From: Basidiobolus meristosporus CBS 931.73
Taxonomy: Eukaryota > Fungi > Basidiobolomycota
Assembly: GCA_002104905.1 (NCBI GenBank)
Contig: MCFE01000166.1
Location: 1-64,000 of the forward strand
Reading direction: 5' to 3'
Length of the DNA stretch: 64,000 bases
Shown here: one piece after another, positions 49,480 through 62,051 of the stretch
Numbering within the stretch: the stretch's first letter is position 1
Layout of the letters: the number at the start of each line of letters is the position of its first letter
Position numbers and translations under genes: made by a program
Notes under the pieces: generated by a model
What the model saw: only the letters and a program-made list of their open reading frames with translations
Told to the model about the DNA's origin: nothing
Database searches by the model: none

Positions 49480-50750
49480 TGAATAGAGCCAGTGAGTACT
49501 GTGCCATACACTTCACAGCAAAATAGGGTTTTAGGTTGTGTAAATAGACCAATGAATGATGCAGCAAGACTTATCATCCATGATCAACAGCTATCATGTA
49601 CGACTTGCTCCATTGATAGTACCACATTAAGCCATGAGTGCCAAATGATGCCACAATATGGCAGGAAGGCCAAGTGGACCTATAATTGGCCACAGAGTGT
49701 GAACATACTTCTTCATGCAAAGAAGTCCCTGTGTTTCACCTTTAGTGCTTGCAAAAATCCATTTTTTGCCCTTCTTTTGGGATCAATGGTGTGCATGATG
49801 TGAAAGAGCACAGAAGGACTGAAGACCTGTATCTGGTACTCAATACCCATGGCACTCTGCATCTAGCCCCTTCAGCTTATCACATGTCACAAAAATGCAA
49901 GGCACTATCTAAGACCATATTTAAGTATTAGCCCTAAAGTAAATCCTAGACAAAGCACTTAGAGTATTAGATATTGCTAGTGGACAAAGATGATGCCTTA
50001 CAATTTTATGAGCTCATCATGCAGACCATTGATCGCAAAAAAGTGCAAAAAATGGATTATTGCCAGGGCAATGGGCAAAACACAGGAGCTGCTTTTCATG
50101 AGAATGAAGAACTATGTTTAACACTCTATGGCCATGCTTGGATCTGCTATGCATTGCAGGCACAAAATGGCACTATTTGGCACTCATGGCTCAATGTGGC
50201 AATATCCAATGGAACAGGTTTATAATATTTAGGCAAAATTGGTTGTCACAGCAGGATAGCATGATGAGAGGAGCTACAGGGGAATACTTTGCAGCTCTAC
50301 ACCATTTAAGGCACAGTGTGGGAGCACACCAAGTGCATAGCACCTGAAAATATTAAGTTGCACAGCATTTGCTAATGACCGCCCAGACATTGGTCTAGAT
50401 ATGAGCCAAAGAGTGTAAAATGCATATTCATTCAAACCTACTCTACTCTGAAAAAGCAAAAAAGCTGATCAAGCCCATGCATGCAATAAATGTTGAAAGC
50501 TCACAATTATTTGACAAGATTACAGTAGTACCTTGCTGGTATTGGTGCTAAATAGGATGATATACTGGATGGTGTTTTAGCAGTTCTTTAGTGAATTTTT
50601 CATGATACACTGATAGTATTATTGTAGTCTACACTTGTTTCAGCAGGTCCAGCTAGGCTGTACATGCAAGTACCATATATGGAAAAAAGCCTCACAGTGT
50701 TTTGATAACCTTGATGTAGATTTTGTATGCATAATGATGATATTGCAGTG
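49480..50750 (+). mobile_element. Copia integrase/RT remnants
   Basis: VPYTSQQNRVLGCVNRPMNDAAR (cf. PYTPQQNGVAERMNRT) and HNDDIAVA (cf. YVDD). Confidence 0.6.
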
Positions 50751-50758
50751 GCCTACAG

Positions 50759-53700
50759 CTAGTCATGCACAATGTGCAGTACAAATTTTCCAAATGATAT
50801 TTCCTTTGCCACCATGTGTTCCCTAAAATAGTTGAATACTCCTAGATAATGTTGGAGTTGCTTGGTGCTAGTGAATTTTGGCCATTCAGGAGTATTGACC
50901 AGTTTGAAAGGGTCAAGTTTGTGGCCATCTGGTGTGACTATGAATCCAATTAGATTGATTCTGAGGCAAGCAAAACTGCACTTTTCAGTATTAAGAATCA
51001 GTCCAATGGGTGTCAGTCTATTGATTACATTAATAACATAAGTTTCATGATCATCTTGGTTTGTATAATATGATGACATCACTAACAAGTACTAAGGTGT
51101 ATGGTGCATTCTTCAGTATTATAATTATAACTTTCTGGCACTTGCTGGTTAGTGTCTTTAGGCCAAAGGAAGCTCCCTCAAACATCCATTGCATATTATT
51201 TCAAGTAAAGGCAGTCTTATGCTCATGATCAGGATGGATCTGGAATCAGTGATATGCATCCTGCAAGTCCAATTGGAGAATACTTTTGCACCTGCTAGTG
51301 AGGAAAAGATATCCTGGATTCTTGGAACTGGAAATTTATCATCTTGAAGAAGTTTGTTCAGAGATTTAGGGTCCAAACAGGGTCTCTTCAGAGTTAGATT
51401 TCCATTTGCATCCTTCTTGGATGCAAGTGTCAAAGGGCTTTTGAATGTTGTGTTGACAGGGGCTTGAGTGTTAATTCCATTGTTGGCCCACTTTTGGACT
51501 ATTTTATCAACTAAGTGTTGACATGAATGTGGAATGAGGTATTGTCTCCTCCATGTTAACTCACCAGGTGGGGTTTCTAGTGTAACAATGGATCCAGGAA
51601 TAGTGCAGAAACTGTTCCAGAGAATAGCTTGGTTTCTTTCAATGGCTGGCTGAATTTTCAATTTGACTGATTGAGAATACACTTGAATTGTTGGGGTTGA
51701 CTCCTCTGCTTCTGGATGGGGAGAGATAATCTCAGGAGTCTGATCTGTTCTGGGTGGCTGAGACTTGGTGATTCCAGGATATGAAACTGGTAGTCCACCT
51801 CTGTGAACGCCAAGTTTGGTGAGGGTGTCTAGACCAATGACTACCTGTGATCCATCTGGAATGTTAATAGCTTCCATTTGATGCATTATAGTCATCAAAC
51901 CACAATGTATGCCAATTGGGTTGGTGATACCAATTCTTGAGGTGGAGAGATCCTTAGCTGCAAGTATGGTTCTTCCTGGTTGCTTTTCTGCTTCCAATTT
52001 GCGCTATCAGACTATTTTGGGTGTTACAAAAGAGTTGGATGATCCAGTATCCAGTAGTGCTACATATGATTGACCATTGTACTTGAGTGGCACCTCCATA
52101 GCTTTTGGCTGCACAATTGGTTGCTTCTTCTCTTGAACACTTGCAATTTTAGCCAAAATTTCAAAGAGGTCATGATAATCTTGAACTGTAAGTTCTTCAT
52201 ATGCTTCCTCATATGCTGTTGTTTCATTGGTTGAATTTTCATCTAGGATCTGGGTAATCTTTGCCAATGGTGTAGAGTTCTTCTCAGGACAGGCGGTGAT
52301 CTATGTCCCAACTTTCCACATTCAAAGCATTTGTCATCAGCATATGGATTATCAGTTTTGGTATTTTGCTGCTTCTCTGATGTGTTTCCTGACTTGTTTG
52401 ACTACTTAGTGATGCATTTGCATTCACTAGTAGAGTGATAGCATCTTCCATGAAACTCACAATGCCTTGTAGCTGCTGACTTCTTCTTAGTCATATGACT
52501 GCTCTCTTTTTGGGTTGTTGCTGCATCTTGAGTTGAGTTGCCTGAAGCCTGGCTAACAGCTGCAGTCAGGGTGATTGCAAGTGTACATATCTCTGAGATT
52601 TTGTCATAAGTGCATTCAGGGTTGTATGCTTTGACAATAGCAATATTGTTCAATAGCTGGTGTAAAAAGTTTGAAAGAAATAAGAAGTAAACAATGGATT
52701 GTCTTCACTAACTCCAGCTAATCTCAGTTATATCTGGAATCTATCACAGAAGTGTTGCACAGACTCACCTTTTTGTATTTTAGTTTTCCTTAAGTTTCAG
52801 TTTAGATGTGCTTTCTTGAGGGGATCTTCAAAATGGCCGCAAAAGAGGTTCTGGGCAACTTTCCATGTGCTATTCAGAGGAATATTCACTTCAACCCAGT
52901 CAGCATCTTGCATGGTGAAACACAGAGGTAGAAGTCTAGCCCAATTTGTGTTGGGGTCTAGCTGGTGTGCAGCTAAGACATGACCAAACTTGTAAATAAA
53001 CTTAATAGGATTCTCTACAGCATTGGCTCCTTCAGCATAAAGAGGCAAGGATCTTGGGACAACCACCAGGGCAGGTCAAGAGGGAGATGTAGATCTGTAG
53101 GATCCAAAGGCATGCCTTTTTGGTGGCTGATGCAGTGCAAGGCTTGGTGGATTTTCAATGTTGTCAATTACAATGGCAACATTCCCCAGGGCTTCTTTGA
53201 TAGTTCCAATCTCATTGGGATATCCAGAAATAACTTCAAGAAGTTTATCTCTATAATGATTGTAGATCTTGTCTTGGCAAGCTTTGAGTGTTCAAGCATC
53301 AAAGTTTTTCTTTTGCTTGCTGCTGAGGACATATTGCAAAGCTGTTGAATGTGATGGAATTCAACAAAAAAATGTTGTATCCATAAGAAAAGTGTAATAA
53401 AACTCTTTGAATGAGCTAACTGAACCTAAGTGACAACTAAGCTCAGAATCTTAGAATTGTCAAGGGTGACAGAAATATTAACAGAGAAGTTCTGGTCTAA
53501 TATTGGTTTTGTATATATTTGAGTTGGGCTGTAAATGCCACATAGTTGGTTTGCCATACAGGCTAGGCTTGATGTTCTTGGGAGTGCTAGATATGCTAGG
53601 CTGGGTAGAAACTAGAACAGAATTGTTGAATTCTTAATTTTGCTGAAGCACAATCTTAATTTCATTGAGACACAAACTAAGTCAAAAGGTTCAGTAATCT

Positions 53701-55700
53701 TTATTTATGTTCTTTGGATCAAGTTGAATTAGTAAGTGCTAGGAGACTGGACTAATTGAAATCTGTTGGGGTGTTGATTGGTGCATAAGATAAGTAAAAA
53801 ATTGCATCATTAATCAGCTGATGTCTTGGCAACTCCTAAGTGGTTGGATAGATCTCAGATGACTAATCCTTTGGAAAGGCTCAGCAGATCAGTTGAGAAC
53901 ATAATGACCACTTGAGAATTTATCAGGTCTGACAGCTAAAAATAGATTCTGAGGAGTGATAAGATACACCATAACAGGGATTGGTTATGTTTGGGTTAGG
54001 GAAAATCAGTTAGGGCACTAGATTTTCTAACAGAGTGAAATTGGCTAAGTTTTAAATGCTCATGCACCATAGTATTCACTAATACCTGAACTGTTTTTAT
54101 TGAGGTTGCAGCAGCTCCTGATATCCATTTTGCTAGATCAATTGCAGACTAATTTTATTTCCTAATGTAGCTTCTGGCCAGTGACTTATTTGATAGAATC
54201 ATCAACACCCAATTAGATCTTATTTAATACTACTGATTTGACAGATAACACTGATGTACTGATAAGCTAAACATAAAGCTAATTGATTGGACTAAAAGCT
54301 GATCTAACTTAAATATTCTGCCAGTAAGTTATCACAAACTCCCCTACAAATGTTGCAAGGCTTCTCCTGAGTCACTTTTCTTGTGATGCCTATATCTTGA
54401 TGGTTTAGCATTGGCAGCATATCCTACAAGCTTGAGTCTGTCTCTATAAGCTATATCTTCCTGACTATTCCTTTGCTTGTCCAATAGTGGTAAGTTGCAA
54501 ATAGACATTCTCTAATGATCCTGAATAGTCCTGTCCATTGAGGCTCAAGCTTTTTCCAAGTGTTGATTATCAGCAATACAATGTTCCCAACTGCTAATGC
54601 TTCAGGTGTTATAGTCTTATCAAATCCCTGCTTCATCTCTTCTGCACTTGGAGATGCTTTGGCCTATGCCTCTTGACATTTTTTTTCCAGTTACTAGTGC
54701 CTACTTGGCTGACTGAGCTCATCCCTCAATGCATCCAAAAGCTTTGCTTGTGTGAGATGTCCTGGAATTTTTGGTTCACATTCATACAACAATTAAAATG
54801 GCAATTGTTGGGTGGTATTGTGCACTCTAACTCTGCAGGCAAATAGTGCTTGATGTATATAAACATCTAATCTGCTGACAACTCCATTTGCTTTCTTAGT
54901 TAGCATTTTTCCAAATAATCATCAAACTGCTCAGTTACTTCTTTAGTTCAAGAGTGATATGTCAATGTTTTCATGTGTTTGAGCTGCTGCATTTGCAGAT
55001 AAGCTTCCAATATATTTGCCATTAAGTTTGCTTCTCTTTCAGATAATACTTCTTCAGCACAAGCAAGCTTCATCAGGATCACATGGTGGATGAAGCTTGC
55101 ATATTGTTTTTCCTTCTCTGCAGGCACAGCTTTAGCAACTGGCCATTTAGTGACATGGTTGATTAACACTGGATCTGATGGCTGCATTTCCAGGTGGTTG
55201 GCAGTCTTCTAATAAAGTCAATTCCCCATCTCTTAAATGGTCTTACAGGCTCAAAGGAAAAAAGTTTGGCAATTCTTGGTGGTTGGCCTTTGCTAATTTG
55301 GCAACTTGGGCATGTTTTCACCAGCTTCTCAATATGTTATTTCATTCTGGGCTGCTATGCTCTGGTATTCACCAGGCTATGGATCCCTTCAATTCCAAGA
55401 TGTCCAAATCTATTGTGTAGCATATGCATTAGATTCAGACAAGCAACATAAGGGCAATATGCAACAGGGCTTCCATCAGTAATCTGGTAGTGTGTATCAT
55501 CCTGTACAACATATTTGCTCTCTTCATCCCAGATTATCTTCTTGCTATCTTTATCTATCCCATTAGGAGTGGCTTGGTCCTCCAAGTACCTTGGTAATAT
55601 GCTAGGCCAATCTGATTCATGCACCAAGTTGAGTTGCACAACTTGTTCTAGTCTTGATAAGGCATTAGCAGCTATGTTATTTTTCATGATATGGTGTTGT
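50759..55700 (-). mobile_element. Old Ty3/Gypsy remnants: integrase (55700-54340), probable LTR (54336-53393), then gag-PR-RT (53350-50759)
   Basis: NNIAANALSR, HNRFGHLGI, VTKWPVAKAV and KKLEPQWTGLF; PPT-like TAGGGGAG before TGTGATAA, with LTR end TTATTACA; LLDTGSS, KRPCLDPKSLNK and KFPVPRIQDIF. Confidence 0.75.
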
Positions 55701-55859
55701 GGCTAAAGAAGCAGTGTGTTTCCAAAATATTACTAACTAGGGCTCTGAGGATTTACTACCACATCTGCCAAAATTGTTTTGGTATGCAACTGGCCATGTT
55801 TATGGTACAATTGGATAACTATCATTTAGCTGGCAACATATAACCTAAAGACCTTCCTG

Positions 55860-56689
55860 ATGCCTGTCTGTGTCAATAGTTGCACGGCATTCACATTGGA
55901 AAATGCCACCATTACATAGTGTCCAACTTGCCAGGAATCCACCACCATAGGAGGAAAGCATTGCTTACACCCCAGGTATATTCCAATAGTAAGCAGCCTA
56001 AAGAAGCTTATGCAGTCCAACAACTTTTGTGAAGCTAGAAAATACTGCCCTCAGTATCAATCAAGCACAAACATTTCCAATATAATCAATGACTAATATT
56101 GCAAATGACAAAGAAGCATGGGCTACTCTAAAGGTATATATGACTATGCTTTTGCCTTGGCACTTGATGGATTCTCATCAAACAAGTACTCTGATATCAA
56201 TAACAGCTGGCCACTCACTCTGATCAGCCTGAATTTGCCACCTACCTTACTGTATCCAAGCAGAGATCTGATGGAAGTCTCACTAGTATTTGGTCCCACA
56301 TTGCTGTCCAACCTGGATATCTACCTGTATCCATTGCTGAATGAGTCTTGAATGCTTTCCAGCAGGATACTACCAAATAGTACATACTTATATCTTGGCA
56401 GTTACCTATGCAGCAGATGATTGGGGAGATAGGAAGTGAGTTAAGTTGCAAGTACTACCATATCCCAAACTCATCAAGAATATTATCTACAAGTTTATCA
56501 TGGAAGTGATGAGTTGGCTCATGAAGGACAGCCAGTAAGTGTTGGAAAAATAACAAGAACAGATGGGCACATGGAGACACCTATGCCTTTGGCATTAAAA
56601 AGCCAAGTAACCCCAATGTGTCAATAATCAGCTAAGTAATACAAAGTTGAGTAGGGTACATCAAGCAACTTATTTTCTTTGAGCAACTT
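55860..56689 (+). mobile_element. CACTA/En-Spm (tnp2-like) transposase remnant, interrupted by the Gypsy insertion and probably continuing at 63358-63600
   Basis: CVNSCTAFT..CPTCQE and ALALDGFSS..NSWPLTLISLNLPP..LVFGP..LDIYLYPLLNE are Transposase_21-type motifs. Confidence 0.75.
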
Positions 56690-57076
56690 TGTAGGTTATT
56701 ACTGACTGTACTTGGTGAGTGGGAGAGCTTGTAGGTCAAGTCAGTACCACTTGGTTCAGAATAGCTTCCGATAGAAGGTAGCAAGGTAATAAAGACTTCT
56801 GTTTATTTTGTCCAAATCTTGTTGTTCTTCCTGGTTCAATTGGGTAGATATATATATCACTTGGAGGGGCTTAGACAATAGACAATGTGTTATAAAATAG
56901 GGGTGTGAACACCTTCCTGTTATGGTAAGTGTACTAACTAGATAAGGGCAGGGATAGGAGGGGAGGACGCGTGGGGGAATCATAGGGAGGGTACTGGAGG
57001 ACTTTGGGTAGGACTCTGGAGGGAACTCTTGGGGGAACTCTTGGGCAAAGAGTGGGTACTACATTGAGTACTCACA
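56690..57076 (-). repeat. 3' LTR
   Basis: Direct repeat of 62966-63352. Confidence 0.95.
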
Positions 57077-57120
57077 TATCCCGGGGGTTAAGTGGGAGCT
57101 TCGTCCTCGAAGTTCTTTGA

Positions 57121-58290
57121 CTAACTTGCTTCTCCAGGATTGATTTCGTTTACGGAGCATGGGGAGTCACCGTAGTACCATTGCTGGTTGTCACTCGCGA
57201 GGGGATCGCGGGCGAGTACCTGATACCATTCGGCGGCAGAGTGGGGTGCGGCCTGTGTTGCTCGAGGGATGTTTTCCACAGAGCCAAATAGTTGGCAAAC
57301 CATAGGGTTCTGGGTAAGTTCCTTGGGAGGGTCGGAGAACGAGAAAAGGTGCAATAGCACGATAAAGTCTTGCTTCTTTATCTTGCGAACGTTATCGGGG
57401 CTTGTCCTTTTTGTGTTCAATATGACAGCGGGGGACCTTTTGAAGAGGGCGTACACTTGGTCGGCAGTCACCCGTTGTCGATAACAAGTTTTTGCTTCTT
57501 CCAAGACGTATTGTAGTTCTTCCGTAGAAACTGTGGCACGATCGAGGCGCTTTCGTACTCGCCTCATGGTTTCTACAGAATCCGTGGCGGTTTCTTTGGC
57601 TTCTTGGAGTTGGACTTCGTACTGATTCCTGAGTTGTCCTATGGTAAACCACTGTAATAGTTGTAACACAGCAACTCGGTGGATCGCATGGGTTAACTGG
57701 CCGGTGTATTTAATCTGTTCGCGTATCTTCTCTAAGATGGTTCCTTCTTGGAAATGTGGTTCAAGATGTTCGCGAATTTCTTGGAGGAGTCCTTCAATCG
57801 GGAGTTCTACTTCTGGTGCTCTTGCAGCTTGTACCAGGTCTGCGTATACCTCAACAACCGTGGTACCTATTAATGGCAAGTATGCAACAAAACAGGGGGG
57901 CTCTTGAGGTCTCGTGAGGGCGCGACAGTTGATTCCTTGTGTCTTCTGTCTGACTGTGTCCAGTATGGATACGGGAATCAGCGCGGCGTCCTTCTCCTTA
58001 ATGATCAAGGAACCTCCTCTTAGGTGGTACACGGTCTTCTTGGGTAGTATCTCCATGCTTCGTATTGGCGTGGGTAACTTGTCTCGTCCCTCTCTGATTG
58101 TGTCTTGTATTAGCGTGACTGCTCTGGCAAACGACTCTTCATAGGTGGCTCTTGTCGTACGTAACGCTCGTACCATATCTCTTAACACTTGCAGGTCGGT
58201 TTTGTTTTTGATATCATCTTGGTTCTCGCTAGTGGGAGGGGTATCGCCAGTTTTGGGTGAACTGTTTCCTTTGGCACTTTCCATATGCAT
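57121..58290 (-). CDS. ORF3: intact 389-aa protein of unknown function in the env position of the Gypsy element
   Basis: ATG-to-TAG ORF on the element's sense strand, starting 126 nt after the integrase stop and ending 44 nt before the 3' LTR. No signal peptide or TM segment, and no domain I recognise. Confidence 0.72.
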   Translation of the reverse strand: MHMESAKGNSSPKTGDTPPTSENQDDIKNKTDLQVLRDMVRALRTTRATYEESFARAVTLIQDTIREGRDKLPTPIRSMEILPKKTVYHLRGGSLIIKEKDAALIPVSILDTVRQKTQGINCRALTRPQEPPCFVAYLPLIGTTVVEVYADLVQAARAPEVELPIEGLLQEIREHLEPHFQEGTILEKIREQIKYTGQLTHAIHRVAVLQLLQWFTIGQLRNQYEVQLQEAKETATDSVETMRRVRKRLDRATVSTEELQYVLEEAKTCYRQRVTADQVYALFKRSPAVILNTKRTSPDNVRKIKKQDFIVLLHLFSFSDPPKELTQNPMVCQLFGSVENIPRATQAAPHSAAEWYQVLARDPLASDNQQWYYGDSPCSVNEINPGEAS

Positions 58291-58415
58291 TCTTTTGTTC
58301 TCCCCTTTGGGCGAACTCCCTCGCGCATATTATTTGTACCTATATCGACTAAAATCTCCTCTAATAAACTTTGTATGTATCCCGTGTCTTCCTCTATCCT
58401 TGTCCTGATAATTGT

Positions 58416-61400
58416 TTAATCACACTTTGGTTTCAAATGGGCTGGCGCTACGTTGCTGATCGTCTTATTGTTCAGGGTGATGGTGTACTTTGGTCCGTGG
58501 TCCGAACTGATAACGGTGCATGGGCCAATCCATCGGGGTGTAAATCGTGGACGGAACTTGAGGCCTGCAATGGTTTGGTTGTACCACACCTTATCGCCTG
58601 GTTTCCACTTTCTTCTCGTTAGTTTCTCATTTTTGGGTGGAGGGGGAAGGTGCTTGTCGACATTTTCGAATACTTTTATGTATAGGTGGGTGATACGGTG
58701 TATCAACCTTTCTATATAGTCGTTATGTGTTGTCAGGGGGACACCTTCCATCGTTAATCCAGCTTCCTCCCGCCACTTGGGTCTTTGTCCATATAGGATT
58801 TCATATGGGGAGAAACCAGTGAAGCTTCTCCAGTATGCGGCAACACGTCTGGTTCATCCTCTCGGTTAATCCGTTAGTCTGGGGGTGATACGCGGCCGTG
58901 AAGACTTGTTTCACGCCCATCATTTTGCACAGGTGGGCCACGGTGTTGTTCAGGAAGGAACCACCATTGTCGGACAGGAGTATCTGAGGATATCCATGTC
59001 GGCAGATGAGGTGTTCTAGAATGAATCGGGCGGTTGTCTTCTGATCTTTATTGCGGACGGCTTGGGCTTCTACCCACTTTGAGAAATAATCGGTAGCAAT
59101 TATTATGTATCGTTCTCCTTTCTTTGTTTTCATAAAGGGGCCAACAAAGTCAATCCCTACTCGGTGGAAGGGCAGGTCAACCGGTATTGGTGTGGTTGTC
59201 CCTATCTTCTGACTCCGGTTGAATCTTTCGCAAGTGGTGCATCTTTGTAACGTATTTGTAACGTCGGTCATCATTTTTTGCCAATAAAACGTTTTTCTTA
59301 ACATCTTATATGTCGTTAGGGGGTTAGCGTGTCCTAATGACATATGTCTTTCTCGTATGATTTCTTCACGGGCTGCTAGTGGGGGTACCTCGGCTCTGGA
59401 CTGTCCTTGGAGGAACCATAGTCGATTTTCTTGTACTTTGTACTGACACCATTTCCTTTGAAATTCTCTCTTCTGTTTGTTTGTAACGACGTGTTTGGGA
59501 TACCTCCCTTTCTTTTTAAAGCAGATTACGTCCTCGTACTCATCACTGACACGTATTTGGCAAACAGGATAGCAACTGAGGAAGTCTGCGTCCTGGTGTT
59601 TCTTGCCAGCGCGGTGAATTATTTCAAAGTCGTATTGCTGTAGTCGTAGGGCCCAACGTGCTAGTCGGCCGGTAAAGTCTTTAGTTTTCATCAGCCAGAC
59701 CAGTGCGCTGTGGTCCGTTACTATCGTGAATCGGCGACCATGTATGTATGTATGGAATTGTTTAATTGAATAAACAACAGCCAGACATTCTATCTCGGTA
59801 ACGGGGTAGTGGCGTTTGTGTTTGTTTAGCGAACGGCTCACGTAACCGATCGGGTGGAATTTGCCGGGTTGGTGGTATTGTCCCAGTATGGCGCCTATAC
59901 CGGTGGGACTTCCATCACAGTTAATAAAAAATCTCGCATCCCAATTGGGAAATCGTAACACTGGCGGTGACGTCAGGGAATGTTTCAGCTGATCAAATGC
60001 TCTCTTTTGAGGCTCCAACCATACAAAACACTGGCCCTTTTGCGTCAATTCGTATAGGGGGGCTGCTATTGTCGCAAAGTTTTTGACAAAGCGGCGATAG
60101 TAGCCGGCTAATCCTAGGAATCCCAACACTGCATTAATGTCCTTTGGTGCAGGTGCATTTTGAACGGCTTTCAGGAGTGACGTAGATGGGTATATTCCAT
60201 CTGCCAAGATCTCGTGGCCCAGGAACAACAATTTCGTATACAGGAAATGGCACTTCTTGGGATGTAGTTTGAGTTGGTTCTTGAGGAGGGTTGTCAGGAT
60301 ACGTTGCACGTCATGTATATGTTCTTCTACATTGGGGGAATATATTGTGATGTTGTCCAGATACACAAGGGCGCATTCCCATCGTAGATTTCCTAGCACC
60401 TTGTCAATCATCCTTTGGAACCTAGCGGGGGCATTGCACAAGCCAAAGGGTAGTCGGTTCCATTTGTATAATCCAAACGATGTTATAAAAGCGGTTTTGG
60501 GTCGATCTTCTGGGGCTACTTCTACTTGCCAATACCCGGAGATTAAGTCAAGAGAGCTAAAATATTTAGCTCCGATTAATCTGTCCAAGAGGTCATCTAT
60601 TCGCGGTAGCGGATACACGTCCTTCCGGGTGACGGCGTTCAATTTCCGGTAGTCGATGCAAAAGCGTCGCTTTCCGTCTTTCTTTGGGACTATCACTACG
60701 GGGGAGGCCCACAGAGACTGGCTCTCTGTAATGATGTCGTCTTTTAATAAAGTTTCAATCGTCTCTTTGATATAGTCTGTGTCAATTTTTGAATTCCTAT
60801 AGGCTTTTTGCTTGATGGGGTATTTGTTGGCAAGGTGGATTTGGTGATATACCCCAGGTATATGACCAATTACTTGGTTCTTAGAGAATACTCGGGCAAG
60901 CAGACATATTCCTTCTAGGAACTTGTCTCGTAACGTAGGCGGTAGACCGGGGTCCACATCTAGTTTGGGGAGTTCTTCTTCTGGTTCCTCGTTTGTAGGT
61001 GGTCCTTGGTCGTCTCCGTCGACTTCCTCTAAGTTTAACAATGGCACTCCTCTAGGCAATGTCACCGTGTGTTGCCCGTTGTTAACCACTAAGCATTTCA
61101 GGCTTTGCGTTTCAAATTTTGGTGGTATCCATACTTTAGGGATCGCGATTCCTTCCAGTTGCTCGGATGCTTTTGCTGCGGTTATCATTCTTCCGTTTGT
61201 TGAATAAGCTATTGGTGTTTCTAATGAGATCACCGTCTCACTGGCAGGTAGTATTTTTATCACCTTTCGTGTGATGATCGGAGACTGCGACGGTTTCACC
61301 TCTTCGATCGTCACACTGTTGCTACGCGCCTCGCTCTCATCGGTGATATGAATCAGTGGGATACTCTTGGTATCCCACCTGAGTTCAGATGCACTGTAAA

Positions 61401-62028
61401 GTATATCCATCTTATGTTGGATAAACCAACTCTCGCCAATGAGTAAGTCGTTGGCTGCGACGGGTAGGACCACGACATCTTGGCGTATTATCAAGTTGCC
61501 TAGCCGAATGGGGCAATTAGGCACCACACCTACCGTTGCATCCAGTTGGTCATTTGCTAGCCGTACTCAAATGGTGTTGTTGGGGACTATATTTAGTTTT
61601 AGACGTTTTGCTAATGACTCTGACATGATCAACGTAGAGGATCCTGTGTTGATAAGGGCAAGAATCTCCTTATTCTCTATACGTACCTTTACGTATGTAC
61701 CTTTATTCGGTTTTTGCAGGACCGTCTGGTTGACATGGAGGGTTGTTATCTCCTTTAATCCCTCTATCAGTTCCTTGACTAGAGCCGGGGCAAGTCCCAG
61801 TAAATTGGTTATTGGGAGGGTTGCCTTGGTTTGCTCTAGTACCTTCATTATGGGGAATAGGCCATGGGAAGACATGCTAGCGTTCTTTGTTTGCTTTAAC
61901 ACTTCTTCCCAAGGCTCATTCCATACTTCTTCACCTAATTCCGCGCTCTTTCCTTTTGACGGAACCTCTACTACAGGTTCCTTTGCCTCCTCTCTAGAAG
62001 CATCATGTTGACGCTTCTTCTTCCGCAC
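58416..62028 (-). pseudogene. pol: pol (PR-RT-RNase H-IN with GPY/F tail, no chromodomain), disrupted
   Basis: LINTGSS (D>N), in-frame TGA at 61567-69, RFCIDYRKLN, YLDN (D>N), NCDGS..EIE..TDH..ADFLS, and IN DDE motifs IDFVGP/SDNG/TERMN. A frameshifting deletion near 58810-58830 precedes TGFSPYEILYG. Confidence 0.92.
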
Positions 62029-62051
62029 TTCGATTGTCCTGACCGGAGGGC

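Noticed and set aside
61567-61569. In-frame TGA in pol as programmed readthrough
   Set aside because: It lies inside the protease domain and fits the CGA>TGA pattern seen in gag, so mutation is the simpler explanation.
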